From the NCBI RefSeq assembly GCF_009914755.1, contig NC_060948.1: a stretch of DNA of 64,000 bases; one strand, 5' to 3'. The notes under the pieces were generated by a model. That model worked only from the letters and a program-made list of their open reading frames with translations. It ran no database searches and was not told the origin of the DNA. The translations under genes and the position numbers were made by a program. Source of the DNA: the human T2T-CHM13v2.0 reference genome, Homo sapiens. This document shows, in pieces, positions 28,681 through 42,200 of this stretch. Every line of letters starts with the position of its first letter. The first letter of the stretch is position 1.

Positions 28681-31600
28681 TTAGAATGTAGTGAACTTTA
28701 ATGGAATGAACTCGAATGGATTCGACTGGAATGGAATGTTCTGGAAGTGAATGAACTCCAATGGAATGGATTCAAAAGGAATGGAATCGAAGGGAATGGA
28801 ATCTAATGGAATGGAATGAAATGGAAAGGAATCAAATCGAATAGCACGGAATTGAACTGAATGGAATCGAATGCAATGGAATCTAATGAAACGGAAAGGA
28901 AAGGAATGGAATGGCATGGAATGGGCTGGAATGGAATGGAATCGAAACGAATGGAATGGAATCGAACTGAAGAGACTGGAATGGAATGCATTGGCATGGA
29001 AGGGAGTTTAATGGAAGGTTCTCGAAAAGACTGGAATCGAATGGAATGGAATTGAATGGAACGGATATAGAGTCAAATGGAATTGAATGGAATGGAATGG
29101 AGTAGAGTGAAATGGAATCGAGTCACAAGGAATGGACAGGAATAGAACGGTCTCGAATTGAATGGAATCGTATGGAATGGAATTCAACGGAATGGAATGG
29201 ACAGCCACGGAATGGAATGCACTCGAATGCAATGGACTCGAAACTAATGGACTGGAATCGAATGGACTCGACTGGTACGGACTCCAATGGAATGGAATCG
29301 AATGGAATGGAATCGAACGGAATGAACTCGAAGTGAAAAGAGTGCAATGGAAAGGTCTCGAATGGAATGGAAATTAATGGAATGGAATGGAATCGAATGA
29401 AATGGAGTCAAAAGGAATGGAATCGAATGGCAAGAAATCGAATGTAATGGAATCACAAGGAATGGATGTGAACGGAACGGAATGGAATGGAATCAAAAGG
29501 AATGGAATCGAATGGAAAGGACTCGAATGGAAATGACTCGAATAGAATGGAATTCAACAAAATAGAGTCAAATGTAATGGAATGGAATGGAAAGGAATCG
29601 AAACGAAAGGAATGGAGACAGATGGAATGGAATGGAACAGAGAGCAATGGTATAGAATGGAATGGAATCATATGGAATGGAATTGAATGGAATGGAATAA
29701 TATGAAATGGAATGGAAAGGAATGGAATGCACTTGAATTAAATGGACTGGAATGGAATGGACTCGAACGGAGTGGAATGGAAAGGATTGAAATAGAATGG
29801 AATGGACTCCTTTGGAATGGTCTAGTATTCAATGCAAACGACTGGCAGGGAATCAAAAGGAATGTAATCGAATGGATTGGACTGGAATACAATGGACTCG
29901 AATACGTTGGAAACGGAATGCAATGGAATGGAATGGAATAGTATGCAATGGAACGGAAAGGAATGAAGTAGAATGGACTAGAGTGGAATGGAATGGACTC
30001 GAAAGCAATGGACTGGAATGGAACGATCTTGAATGGACCGGAATCAAACGGAACGGAATGCAATGCAAGGCAATCAAATGGAATGGAATAAAAGAGAATG
30101 AAAGAGAATCAAATGCAATTGAATCGAATGGAATCGAATGGATTGGAAAGGAATAGAATGGAATGGAATGGAATTGACTCAAATGGAATGGACTAGAACG
30201 GAATGGAGTCGAATGGAAGGCAAAGGAATGGAATCTATTGGAATGGACTGTAATGGAATGGCATGGAAGGGATTGGAATGGACTCGAATGGAAAGGACTG
30301 CAATAGAAAGGATTCGAATGGAATGAAAAAGAATCGAATGGAATAGAACAGAATGGAATCAAATCGAATGAAATGGAATGGAATAGAAAGGAATGGAATG
30401 AAATGGAATGGAAAGGATTCAAATGGAATGCAATCGAATGGAATGCAATAGAATGGAATGGAATCGAACGGAATGGAATAAAATGGAAGGAAACTGGCAA
30501 GAAATGGAATCGAAATGAATGGAGTGTTATGGAACGGACTCCAAAGGAATTGAATGTAATAGAATGGAGTGGAGTGGACTCGAATATAATGGACTGGAAT
30601 GGAATGGAATCACATGGAATGGGAACGAATGGAATGGAATGGAAAGGAATGGAATCGAATGGAAAGGAATCAAATGGAAGGGAATGAAATTGAATCAACA
30701 GGAATGGAAGGGAATAGAATAGACTGTAATGGAATGGACTCGAATAGAATGGACACGAATGCTCAAATTGGATGGACTCGAATGGAATGGAAACGAAAGG
30801 AATGTCATCGAATGGAATTGAATCGATTGGAATGAAATGGCATAGAATGGAGTGGAATGAAATGGAATTGAATCGAAAGGAAAGGAAGCGAATGGACTGA
30901 AATGAAATGGAATGGAATTGAATGGAAAGTAATGCAATGGAATAGAATGGAACGAAATTTCACGGAATGGAATCAAACAGAATGGAATCAAATCAATGGA
31001 ATATAATCAAATGGAATGGAATGGAATGGAAAAGAATTGAATGGAATAGATTGGATAGGAAGGGATTGGAATGCAATGGAATGGAAAGGACTCGAATTTC
31101 ATGAAACGGAATGGAATGAATTGGAATGGAATGGACTCGAATGGAATGGAATGTCATGGAATGGCATCAAATGGAATGGAATCAAATGGAATGGCATCGA
31201 ATGCAATGGAATGTTATGGAATGGAATGGAATGTATTGGAATGGAATGTCCTCTAATGGAATGGATTCGAGTGGAATGGAATCGAATATAATGGAGTCGA
31301 ATGAAATGGAATTGAAAGGAATGGGATCGAATAGAATGGAATATACTGGAATGTAATGTAATGAAGTCGAATGTAATTGACTGGAATGGAATGTACATGA
31401 ATGGAATGTAATCGAATGGAAAGTAATCCAATGAAATAGAATCTAATGCAATAAAACCGACTCAAATGGAATAGAATGTAATGGAATGGAGTGCAGTGCA
31501 ATGGAATGGAATGGAATGGAATGGAATGGAGTGGAATGGAATGGAATGGGATGGAATGGTATGGAATGGATAGTAAAGGACTGGAGTGAAATGGACTGTA

Positions 31601-34600
31601 AAGGAATGGACTCCAATTGAAAGGGCTCGAAAGGAATGGAGTCAAATGGAATGGTCTGGAATGGAATGAACTCGAATGTAATGCAATCCAATAGAATGGA
31701 ATCGAATGGAATGGAATATAAAGAAATGGAATCGACGAGAATGGAAACAGATGGAATGGAATTGAAAGGAATGGAATTGAATGGAATGGGCACGAATGGA
31801 ATGAAATTGTATGGAATAGAAGAGAATAGAATGGAATGCAATGGATAAGAAAGGAATGGATTGGAATGGAAGGGAATGTAGTGTAATGGACTGGCATGGA
31901 ATAAACTGGAATGCTACGGTCTCAAATGGAATAAAAATGTATGGAATGGAATGCCATGAAACGGAATCGAATGTCATAGAATGTAATGGAATGCAAAAAA
32001 ATGGACTCCAAAATCATTGACTGGAAAGGCTGGGTGTCGAAAGGAATTGACTCCAATGGAATGGAATCGAATGGAATGGAAGTGAATAGAATCGAACTAA
32101 ATCGAATGGAATGGAATTGATAGGAACGGAATGGAAAGGAATGGAATGATTTGGCATGGAATGGAATCGAATGGACTCGAATGGAATGGAATGGAATGCA
32201 ATGCAATGGAATGTATTAGAATGTAGTGAACTTTAATGGAATGAACTCGAATGGATTCGACTGGAATGGAATGTTCTGGAAGTGAATGGACTCCAATGGA
32301 ATGGATTCAAAAGGAATGGAATCGAAGGGAATGGAATCTAATGGAATGGAATGAAATGGAAAGGAATCAAATCGAATAGCACGGAATTGAACTGAATGGA
32401 ATCGAATGCAATGGAATCTAATGAAACGGAAAGGAAAGGAATGGAATGGCATGGAATGGGCTGGAATGGAATGGAATCGAAACGAATGGAAAGGAATCGA
32501 ACTGAAGAGACTGGAATGGAATGCACTGGCATGGAAGGGAGTTTAATGGAAGGTTCTCGAAAAGACTGGAATCGAATGCAATGGAATTGAATGGAACGGA
32601 TATAGAGTCAAATGGAATTGAATGGAATGGAATGGAGTAGAGTGAAATGGAATCGAGTCACAAGGAATGGACAGGAATAGAACGGTCTCGAATTGAATGG
32701 AATCGTATGGAATGGAATTCAACGGAATGGAATGGACAGCCACGGAATGGAATGCACTCGAATGCAATGGACTCGAAACTAATGGACTGGAATCGAATGG
32801 ACTCGACTGGTACGGACTCCAATGGAATGGAATCGAATGGAATGGAATCGAACGGAATGGACTCGAAGTGAAAAGAGTGCAATGGAAAGGTCTCGAATGG
32901 AATGGAAATTAATGGAATGGAATGGAATCGAATGAAATGGAGTCAAAAGGAATGGAATCGAATGGCAAGAAATCGAATGTAATGGAATCACAAGGAATGG
33001 ATGTGAACGGAACGGAATGGAATGGAATCAAAAGGAATGGAATCGAATGGAATGGACTCGAATGGAAATGACTCGAATAGAATGGAATTCAACAAAATAG
33101 AATCAAATGTAATGGAATGGAATGGAAAGGAATCAAAACGAAAGGAATGGAGACAGATGGAATGGAATGGAACAGAGAACAATTGTATATAATGGAATGG
33201 AATCATATGGAATGGAATTGAATGGAATGAAATAATATAAAATGGAATGGAAAGGAATGGAATGCACTTGAATTAAATGGACTGGAATGGAATGGACTCG
33301 AACGGAGTGGAATGGAAAGGATTGAAATAGAATGGAATGGACTCCTTTGGAATGGTCTAGTATGCAATGCAAACGACTGGCAGGGAATCAAAAGGAATGT
33401 AATCGAATGGATTGGCCTGGAATCAATGGACTCGAATACATTGGAAACGGAATGCAATGGAATGGAATGGAATAGTATGGAATGGAACGGAAAGGAATGA
33501 AGTAAAATGGACTAGAGTGGAATGGAATGGACTCGAAAGCAATGGACTGGAATGGAACGATCTTGAATGGACCGGAATCAAACGGAAAGGAATGCAATGC
33601 AAGGCAATCAAATGGAATGGAATAAAAGAGAATGAAAGAGAATCAAATGCAATTGAATCGAATGGAATCGAATGGATTGGAAAGGAATAGAATGGAATGG
33701 AATGGAATTGACTCAAATGGAATGGACTAGAACGGAATGGAGTCGAATGGAAGGCAAAGGAATGGAATCTATTGGAATGGACTGTAATGGAATGGCATGG
33801 AAGGGATTGGAATGGACTCGAATGGAAAGGACTGCAATAGAAAGGATTCGAATGGAATGAAAAAGAATTGAATGGAATAGAACAGAATGGAATCAAATCG
33901 AATGAAATGGAATGGAATAGAAAGGAATGGAATGAAACGGAATGGAAAGGATTCAAATGGAATGCAATCGAATGGAATGCAATCGAATGGAATGGAATCG
34001 AACGGAATGGAATAAAATGGAAGGAAACTGGCAAGAAATGGAATCGAAATGAATGGAGTGTTATGGAACGGACTCCAAAGGAATTGAATGTAATAGAATG
34101 GAGTGGAGTGGACGCGAACATAATGGACTGGAATGGAATGGAATCACATGGAATGGGAACGAATGGAATGGAATGGAAAGGAATGGAATCGAATGGATAG
34201 GAATCAAATGGAAGGGAATGAAATTGAATCAACAGGAATGGAAGGGAATAGAATAGACTGTAATGGAATGGACTCGAATAGAATGGACACGAATGCTCAA
34301 ATTGGATGGACTCGAATGGAATGGAAACGAAAGGAATGTCATCGAATGGAATTGAATCGATTGGAATGAAATGGCATAGAATGGATTGGAATGAAATGGA
34401 ATTGAATCGAAAGGAAAGGAAGCGAATGGACTGAAATGAAATGGAATGGAATTAAATGGAAAGTAATGCAATGGAATAGAATGGAACGAAATTTCACGGA
34501 ATGGAATCAAACAGAATGGAATCAAATCAATTGAATATAATCAAATGGAATGGAATGGAATGGAAAGGAAATGAATGGAATAGATTGGATAGGAAGGGAT

Positions 34601-37600
34601 TGGAATGCAATGGAATGGAAAGGACTCGAATTTCATGAAACGGAATGGAATGAATTGGAATGGAATGGACTCGAATGGAATGGAATGTCATGGAATGGCA
34701 TCAAATGGAATGGAATCAAATGGAATGGCATCGAATGCAATGGAATGTTATGGAATGGAATGGAATGTATTGGAATGGAATGTCCTCTAATGGAATGGAT
34801 TCGAGTGGAATGGAATCAAATATAATGGAGTCGAATGAAATGGAATTGAAAGGAATGGGATCGAATAGAATGGAATATACTGGAATGTAATGTAATGAAG
34901 TCGAATGTAATTGACTGGAATGGAATGTACATGAATGGAATGTAATCGAATAGAAAGTAATCCAATGAAATAGAATCTAATGCAATAAAACCGACTCAAA
35001 TGGAATAGAATGTAATGGAATGGAGTGCAGTGCAATGGAATGGAATGGAATGGAATGCAATGGAGTGGAATGGAATGGAATGGGATGGAATGGTATGGAA
35101 TGGATAGTAAAGGACTGGAGTGAAATGGACTGTAAAGGAATGGACTCCAATTGAAAGGGCTCGAAAGGAATGGAGTCAAATGGAATGGTCTGGAATGGAA
35201 TGAACTCGAATGTAATGCAATCCAATAGAATGGAATCGAATGGAATGGAATATAAAGAAATGGAATCGACGAGAATGGAAACAGATGGAATGGAATTGAA
35301 AGGAATGGAATTGAATGGAATGGGCACGAATGGAATGAAATTGTATGGAATAGAAGAGAATAGAATGGAATGCAATGGATAAGAAAGGAATGGATTGGAA
35401 TGGAAGGGAATGTAGTGTAATGGACTGGCATGGAATAAACTGGAATGCTACGGTCTCAAATGGAATAAAAATGTATGGAATGGAATGCCATGAAACGGAA
35501 TCGAATGTCATAGAATGTAATGGAATGCAAAAAAATGGACTCCAAAATCATTGACTGGAAAGGCTGGGTGTCGAAAGGAATTGACTCCAATGGAATGGAA
35601 TCGAATGGAATGGAAGTGAATAGAATCGAACTAAATCGAATGGAATGGAATTGATAGGAACGGAATGGAAAGGAATGGAATGATTTGGCATGGAATGGAA
35701 TCGAATGGACTCGAATGGAATGGAATGGAATGCAATGGAATGGAATGTATTAGAATGTAGTGAACTTTAATGGAATGAACTCGAATGGATTCGACTGGAA
35801 TGGAATGTTCTGGAAGTGAATGAACTCCAATGGAATGGATTCAAAAGGAATGGAATCGAAGGGAATGGAATCTAATGGAATGGAATGAAATGGAAAGGAA
35901 TCAAATCGAATAGCACGGAATTGAACTGAATGGAATCGAATGCAATGGAATCTAATGAAACGGAAAGGAAAGGAATGGAATGGCATGGAATGGGCTGGAA
36001 TGGAATGGAATCGAAACGAATGGAATGGAATCGAACTGAAGAGACTGGAATGGAATGCATTGGCATGGAAGGGAGTTTAATGGAAGGTTCTCGAAAAGAC
36101 TGGAATCGAATGGAATGGAATTGAATGGAACGGATATAGAGTCAAATGGAATTGAATGGAATGGAATGGAGTAGAGTGAAATGGAATCGAGTCACAAGGA
36201 ATGGACAGGAATAGAACGGTCTCGAATTGAATGGAATCGTATGGAATGGAATTCAACGGAATGGAATGGACAGCCACGGAATGGAATGCACTCGAATGCA
36301 ATGGACTCGAAACTAATGGACTGGAATCGAATGGACTCGACTGGTACGGACTCCAATGGAATGGAATCGAATGGAATGGAATCGAACGGAATGAACTCGA
36401 AGTGAAAAGAGTGCAATGGAAAGGTCTCGAATGGAATGGAAATTAATGGAATGGAATGGAATCGAATGAAATGGAGTCAAAAGGAATGGAATCGAATGGC
36501 AAGAAATCGAATGTAATGGAATCACAAGGAATGGATGTGAACGGAACGGAATGGAATGGAATCAAAAGGAATGGAATCGAATGGAAAGGACTCGAATGGA
36601 AATGACTCGAATAGAATGGAATTCAACAAAATAGAGTCAAATGTAATGGAATGGAATGGAAAGGAATCGAAACGAAAGGAATGGAGACAGATGGAATGGA
36701 ATGGAACAGAGAGCAATGGTATAGAATGGAATGGAATCATATGGAATGGAATTGAATGGAATGGAATAATATGAAATGGAATGGAAAGGAATGGAATGCA
36801 CTTGAATTAAATGGACTGGAATGGAATGGACTCGAACGGAGTGGAATGGAAAGGATTGAAATAGAATGGAATGGACTCCTTTGGAATGGTCTAGTATTCA
36901 ATGCAAACGACTGGCAGGGAATCAAAAGGAATGTAATCGAATGGATTGGACTGGAATACAATGGACTCGAATACGTTGGAAACGGAATGCAATGGAATGG
37001 AATGGAATAGTATGCAATGGAACGGAAAGGAATGAAGTAGAATGGACTAGAGTGGAATGGAATGGACTCGAAAGCAATGGACTGGAATGGAACGATCTTG
37101 AATGGACCGGAATCAAACGGAACGGAATGCAATGCAAGGCAATCAAATGGAATGGAATAAAAGAGAATGAAAGAGAATCAAATGCAATTGAATCGAATGG
37201 AATCGAATGGATTGGAAAGGAATAGAATGGAATGGAATGGAATTGACTCAAATGGAATGGACTAGAACGGAATGGAGTCGAATGGAAGGCAAAGGAATGG
37301 AATCTATTGGAATGGACTGTAATGGAATGGCATGGAAGGGATTGGAATGGACTCGAATGGAAAGGACTGCAATAGAAAGGATTCGAATGGAATGAAAAAG
37401 AATCGAATGGAATAGAACAGAATGGAATCAAATCGAATGAAATGGAATGGAATAGAAAGGAATGGAATGAAATGGAATGGAAAGGATTCAAATGGAATGC
37501 AATCGAATGGAATGCAATAGAATGGAATGGAATCGAACGGAATGGAATAAAATGGAAGGAAACTGGCAAGAAATGGAATCGAAATGAATGGAGTGTTATG

Positions 37601-39284
37601 GAACGGACTCCAAAGGAATTGAATGTAATAGAATGGAGTGGAGTGGACTCGAATATAATGGACTGGAATGGAATGGAATCACATGGAATGGGAACGAATG
37701 GAATGGAATGGAAAGGAATGGAATCGAATGGAAAGGAATCAAATGGAAGGGAATGAAATTGAATCAACAGGAATGGAAGGGAATAGAATAGACTGTAATG
37801 GAATGGACTCGAATAGAATGGACACGAATGCTCAAATTGGATGGACTCGAATGGAATGGAAACGAAAGGAATGTCATCGAATGGAATTGAATCGATTGGA
37901 ATGAAATGGCATAGAATGGAGTGGAATGAAATGGAATTGAATCGAAAGGAAAGGAAGCGAATGGACTGAAATGAAATGGAATGGAATTGAATGGAAAGTA
38001 ATGCAATGGAATAGAATGGAACGAAATTTCACGGAATGGAATCAAACAGAATGGAATCAAATCAATGGAATATAATCAAATGGAATGGAATGGAATGGAA
38101 AAGAATTGAATGGAATAGATTGGATAGGAAGGGATTGGAATGCAATGGAATGGAAAGGACTCGAATTTCATGAAACGGAATGGAATGAATTGGAATGGAA
38201 TGGACTCGAATGGAATGGAATGTCATGGAATGGCATCAAATGGAATGGAATCAAATGGAATGGCATCGAATGCAATGGAATGTTATGGAATGGAATGGAA
38301 TGTATTGGAATGGAATGTCCTCTAATGGAATGGATTCGAGTGGAATGGAATCGAATATAATGGAGTCGAATGAAATGGAATTGAAAGGAATGGGATCGAA
38401 TAGAATGGAATATACTGGAATGTAATGTAATGAAGTCGAATGTAATTGACTGGAATGGAATGTACATGAATGGAATGTAATCGAATGGAAAGTAATCCAA
38501 TGAAATAGAATCTAATGCAATAAAACCGACTCAAATGGAATAGAATGTAATGGAATGGAGTGCAGTGCAATGGAATGGAATGGAATGGAATGGAATGGAG
38601 TGGAATGGAATGGAATGGGATGGAATGGTATGGAATGGATAGTAAAGGACTGGAGTGAAATGGACTGTAAAGGAATGGACTCCAATTGAAAGGGCTCGAA
38701 AGGAATGGAGTCAAATGGAATGGTCTGGAATGGAATGAACTCGAATGTAATGCAATCCAATAGAATGGAATCGAATGGAATGGAATATAAAGAAATGGAA
38801 TCGACGAGAATGGAAACAGATGGAATGGAATTGAAAGGAATGGAATTGAATGGAATGGGCACGAATGGAATGAAATTGTATGGAATAGAAGAGAATAGAA
38901 TGGAATGCAATGGATAAGAAAGGAATGGATTGGAATGGAAGGGAATGTAGTGTAATGGACTGGCATGGAATAAACTGGAATGCTACGGTCTCAAATGGAA
39001 TAAAAATGTATGGAATGGAATGCCATGAAACGGAATCGAATGTCATAGAATGTAATGGAATGCAAAAAAATGGACTCCAAAATCATTGACTGGAAAGGCT
39101 GGGTGTCGAAAGGAATTGACTCCAATGGAATGGAATCGAATGGAATGGAAGTGAATAGAATCGAACTAAATCGAATGGAATGGAATTGATAGGAACGGAA
39201 TGGAAAGGAATGGAATGATTTGGCATGGAATGGAATCGAATGGACTCGAATGGAATGGAATGGAATGCAATGCAATGGAATGTA
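28681..39284 (+). repeat. A-D-A block with 7,069-bp periodicity (U9 28681-32215, U10 32216-35749, U11 35750-39284)
   Basis: D markers (GGCC 33414, GGACGCGAAC, AACAATTGTATATAAT) recur 7,069 bp after U8. A markers (C at 30335 and 37404, GAAAAGAATT, AGAGTCAAATGT) recur at the same offset. Confidence 0.9.
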
Positions 39285-42200
39285 TTAGAATGTAGTGAAC
39301 TTTAATGGAATGAACTCGAATGGATTCGACTGGAATGGAATGTTCTGGAAGTGAATGGACTCCAATGGAATGGATTCAAAAGGAATGGAATCGAAGGGAA
39401 TGGAATCTAATGGAATGGAATGAAATGGAAAGGAATCAAATCGAATAGCACGGAATTGAACTGAATGGAATCGAATGCAATGGAATCTAATGAAACGGAA
39501 AGGAAAGGAATGGAATGGCATGGAATGGGCTGGAATGGAATGGAATCGAAACGAATGGAATGGAATCGAACTGAAGAGACTGGAATGGAATGCACTGGCA
39601 TGGAAGGGAGTTTAATGGAAGGTTCTCGAAAAGACTGGAATCAAATGCAATGGAATTGAATGGAACGGATATAGAGTCAAATGGAATTGAATGGAATGGA
39701 ATGGAGTAGAGTGAAATGGAATCGAGTCACAAGGAATGGACAGGAATAGAACGGTCTCGAATTGAATGGAATCGTATGGAATGGAATTCAACGGAATGGA
39801 ATGGACAGCCACGGAATGGAATGCACTCGAATGCAATGGACTCGAAACTAATGGACTGGAATCGAATGGACTCGACTGGTACGGACTCCAATGGAATGGA
39901 ATCGAATGGAATGGAATCGAACGGAATGAACTCGAAGTGAAAAGAGTGCAATGGAAAGGTCTCGAATGGAATGGAAATTAATGGAATGGAATGGAATCGA
40001 ATGAAATGGAGTCAAAAGGAATGGAATCGAATGGCAAGAAATCGAATGTAATGGAATCACAAGGAATGGATGTGAACGGAACGGAATGGAATGGAATCAA
40101 AAGGAATGGAATCGAATGGAATGGACTCGAATGGAAATGACTCGAATAGAATGGAATTCAACAAAATAGAATCAAATGTAATGGAATGGAATGGAAAGGA
40201 ATCGAAACGAAAGGAATGGAGACAGATGGAATGGAATGGAACAGAGAGCAATGGTATAGAATGGAATGGAATCATATGGAATGGAATTGAATGGAATGGA
40301 ATAATATGAAATGGAATGGAAAGGAATGGAATGCACTTGAATTAAATGGACTGGAATGGAATGGACTCGAACGGAGTGGAATGGAAAGGATTGAAATAGA
40401 ATGGAATGGACTCCTTTGGAATGGTCTAGTATTCAATGCAAACGACTGGCAGGGAATCAAAAGGAATGTAATCGAATGGATTGGACTGGAATACAATGGA
40501 CTCGAATACGTTGGAAACGGAATGCAATGGAATGGAATGGAATAGTATGCAATGGAACGGAAAGGAATGAAGTAGAATGGACTAGAGTGGAATGGAATGG
40601 ACTCGAAAGCAATGGACTGGAATGGAACGATCTTGAATGGACCGGAATCAAACGGAACGGAATGCAATGCAAGGCAATCAAATGGAATGGAATAAAAGAG
40701 AATGAAAGAGAATCAAATGCAATTGAATCGAATGGAATCGAATGGATTGGAAAGGAATAGAATGGAATGGAATGGAATTGACTCAAATGGAATGGACTAG
40801 AACGGAATGGAGTCGAATGGAAGGCAAAGGAATGGAATCTATTGGAATGGACTGTAATGGAATGGCATGGAAGGGATTGGAATGGACTCGAATGGAAAGG
40901 ACTGCAATAGAAAGGATTCGAATGGAATGAAAAAGAATTGAATGGAATAGAACAGAATGGAATCAAATCGAATGAAATGGAATGGAATAGAAAGGAATGG
41001 AATGAAATGGAATGGAAAGGATTCAAATGGAATGCAATCGAATGGAATGCAATCGAATGGAATGGAATCGAACGGAATGGAATAAAATGGAAGGAAACTG
41101 GCAAGAAATGGAATCGAAATGAATGGAGTGTTATGGAACGGACTCCAAAGGAATTGAATGTAATAGAATGGAGTGGAGTGGACTCGAATATAATGGACTG
41201 GAATGGAATGGAATCACATGGAATGGGAACGAATGGAATGGAATGGAAAGGAATGGAATCGAATGGAAAGGAATCAAATGGAAGGGAATGAAATTGAATC
41301 AACAGGAATGGAAGGGAATAGAATAGACTGTAATGGAATGGACTCGAATAGAATGGACACGAATGCTCAAATTGGATGGACTCGAATGGAATGGAAACGA
41401 AAGGAATGTCATCGAATGGAATTGAATCGATTGGAATGAAATGGCATAGAATGGAGTGGAATGAAATGGAATTGAATCGAAAGGAAAGGAAGCGAATGGA
41501 CTGAAATGAAATGGAATGGAATTGAATGGAAAGTAATGCAATGGAATAGAATGGAACGAAATTTCACGGAATGGAATCAAACAGAATGGAATCAAATCAA
41601 TGGAATATAATCAAATGGAATGGAATGGAATGGAAAGGAATTGAATGGAATAGATTGGATAGGAAGGGATTGGAATGCAATGGAATGGAAAGGACTCGAA
41701 TTTCATGAAACGGAATGGAATGAATTGGAATGGAATGGACTCGAATGGAATGGAATGTCATGGAATGGCATCAAATGGAATGGAATCAAATGGAATGGCA
41801 TCGAATGCAATGGAATGTTATGGAATGGAATGGAATGTATTGGAATGGAATATCCTCTAATGGAATGGATTCGAGTGGAATGGAATCGAATATAATGGAG
41901 TCGAATGAAATGGAATTGAAAGGAATGGGATCGAATAGAATGGAATATACTGGAATGTAATGTAATGAAGTCGAATGTAATTGACTGGAATGGAATGTAC
42001 ATGAATGGAATGTAATCGAATGGAAAGTAATCCAATGAAATAGAATCTAATGCAATAAAACCGACTCAAATGGAATAGAATGTAATGGAATGGAGTGCAG
42101 TGCAATGGAATGGAATGGAATGGAATGGAATGGAGTGGAATGGAATGGAATGGGATGGAATGGTATGGAATGGATAGTAAAGGACTGGAGTGAAATGGAC

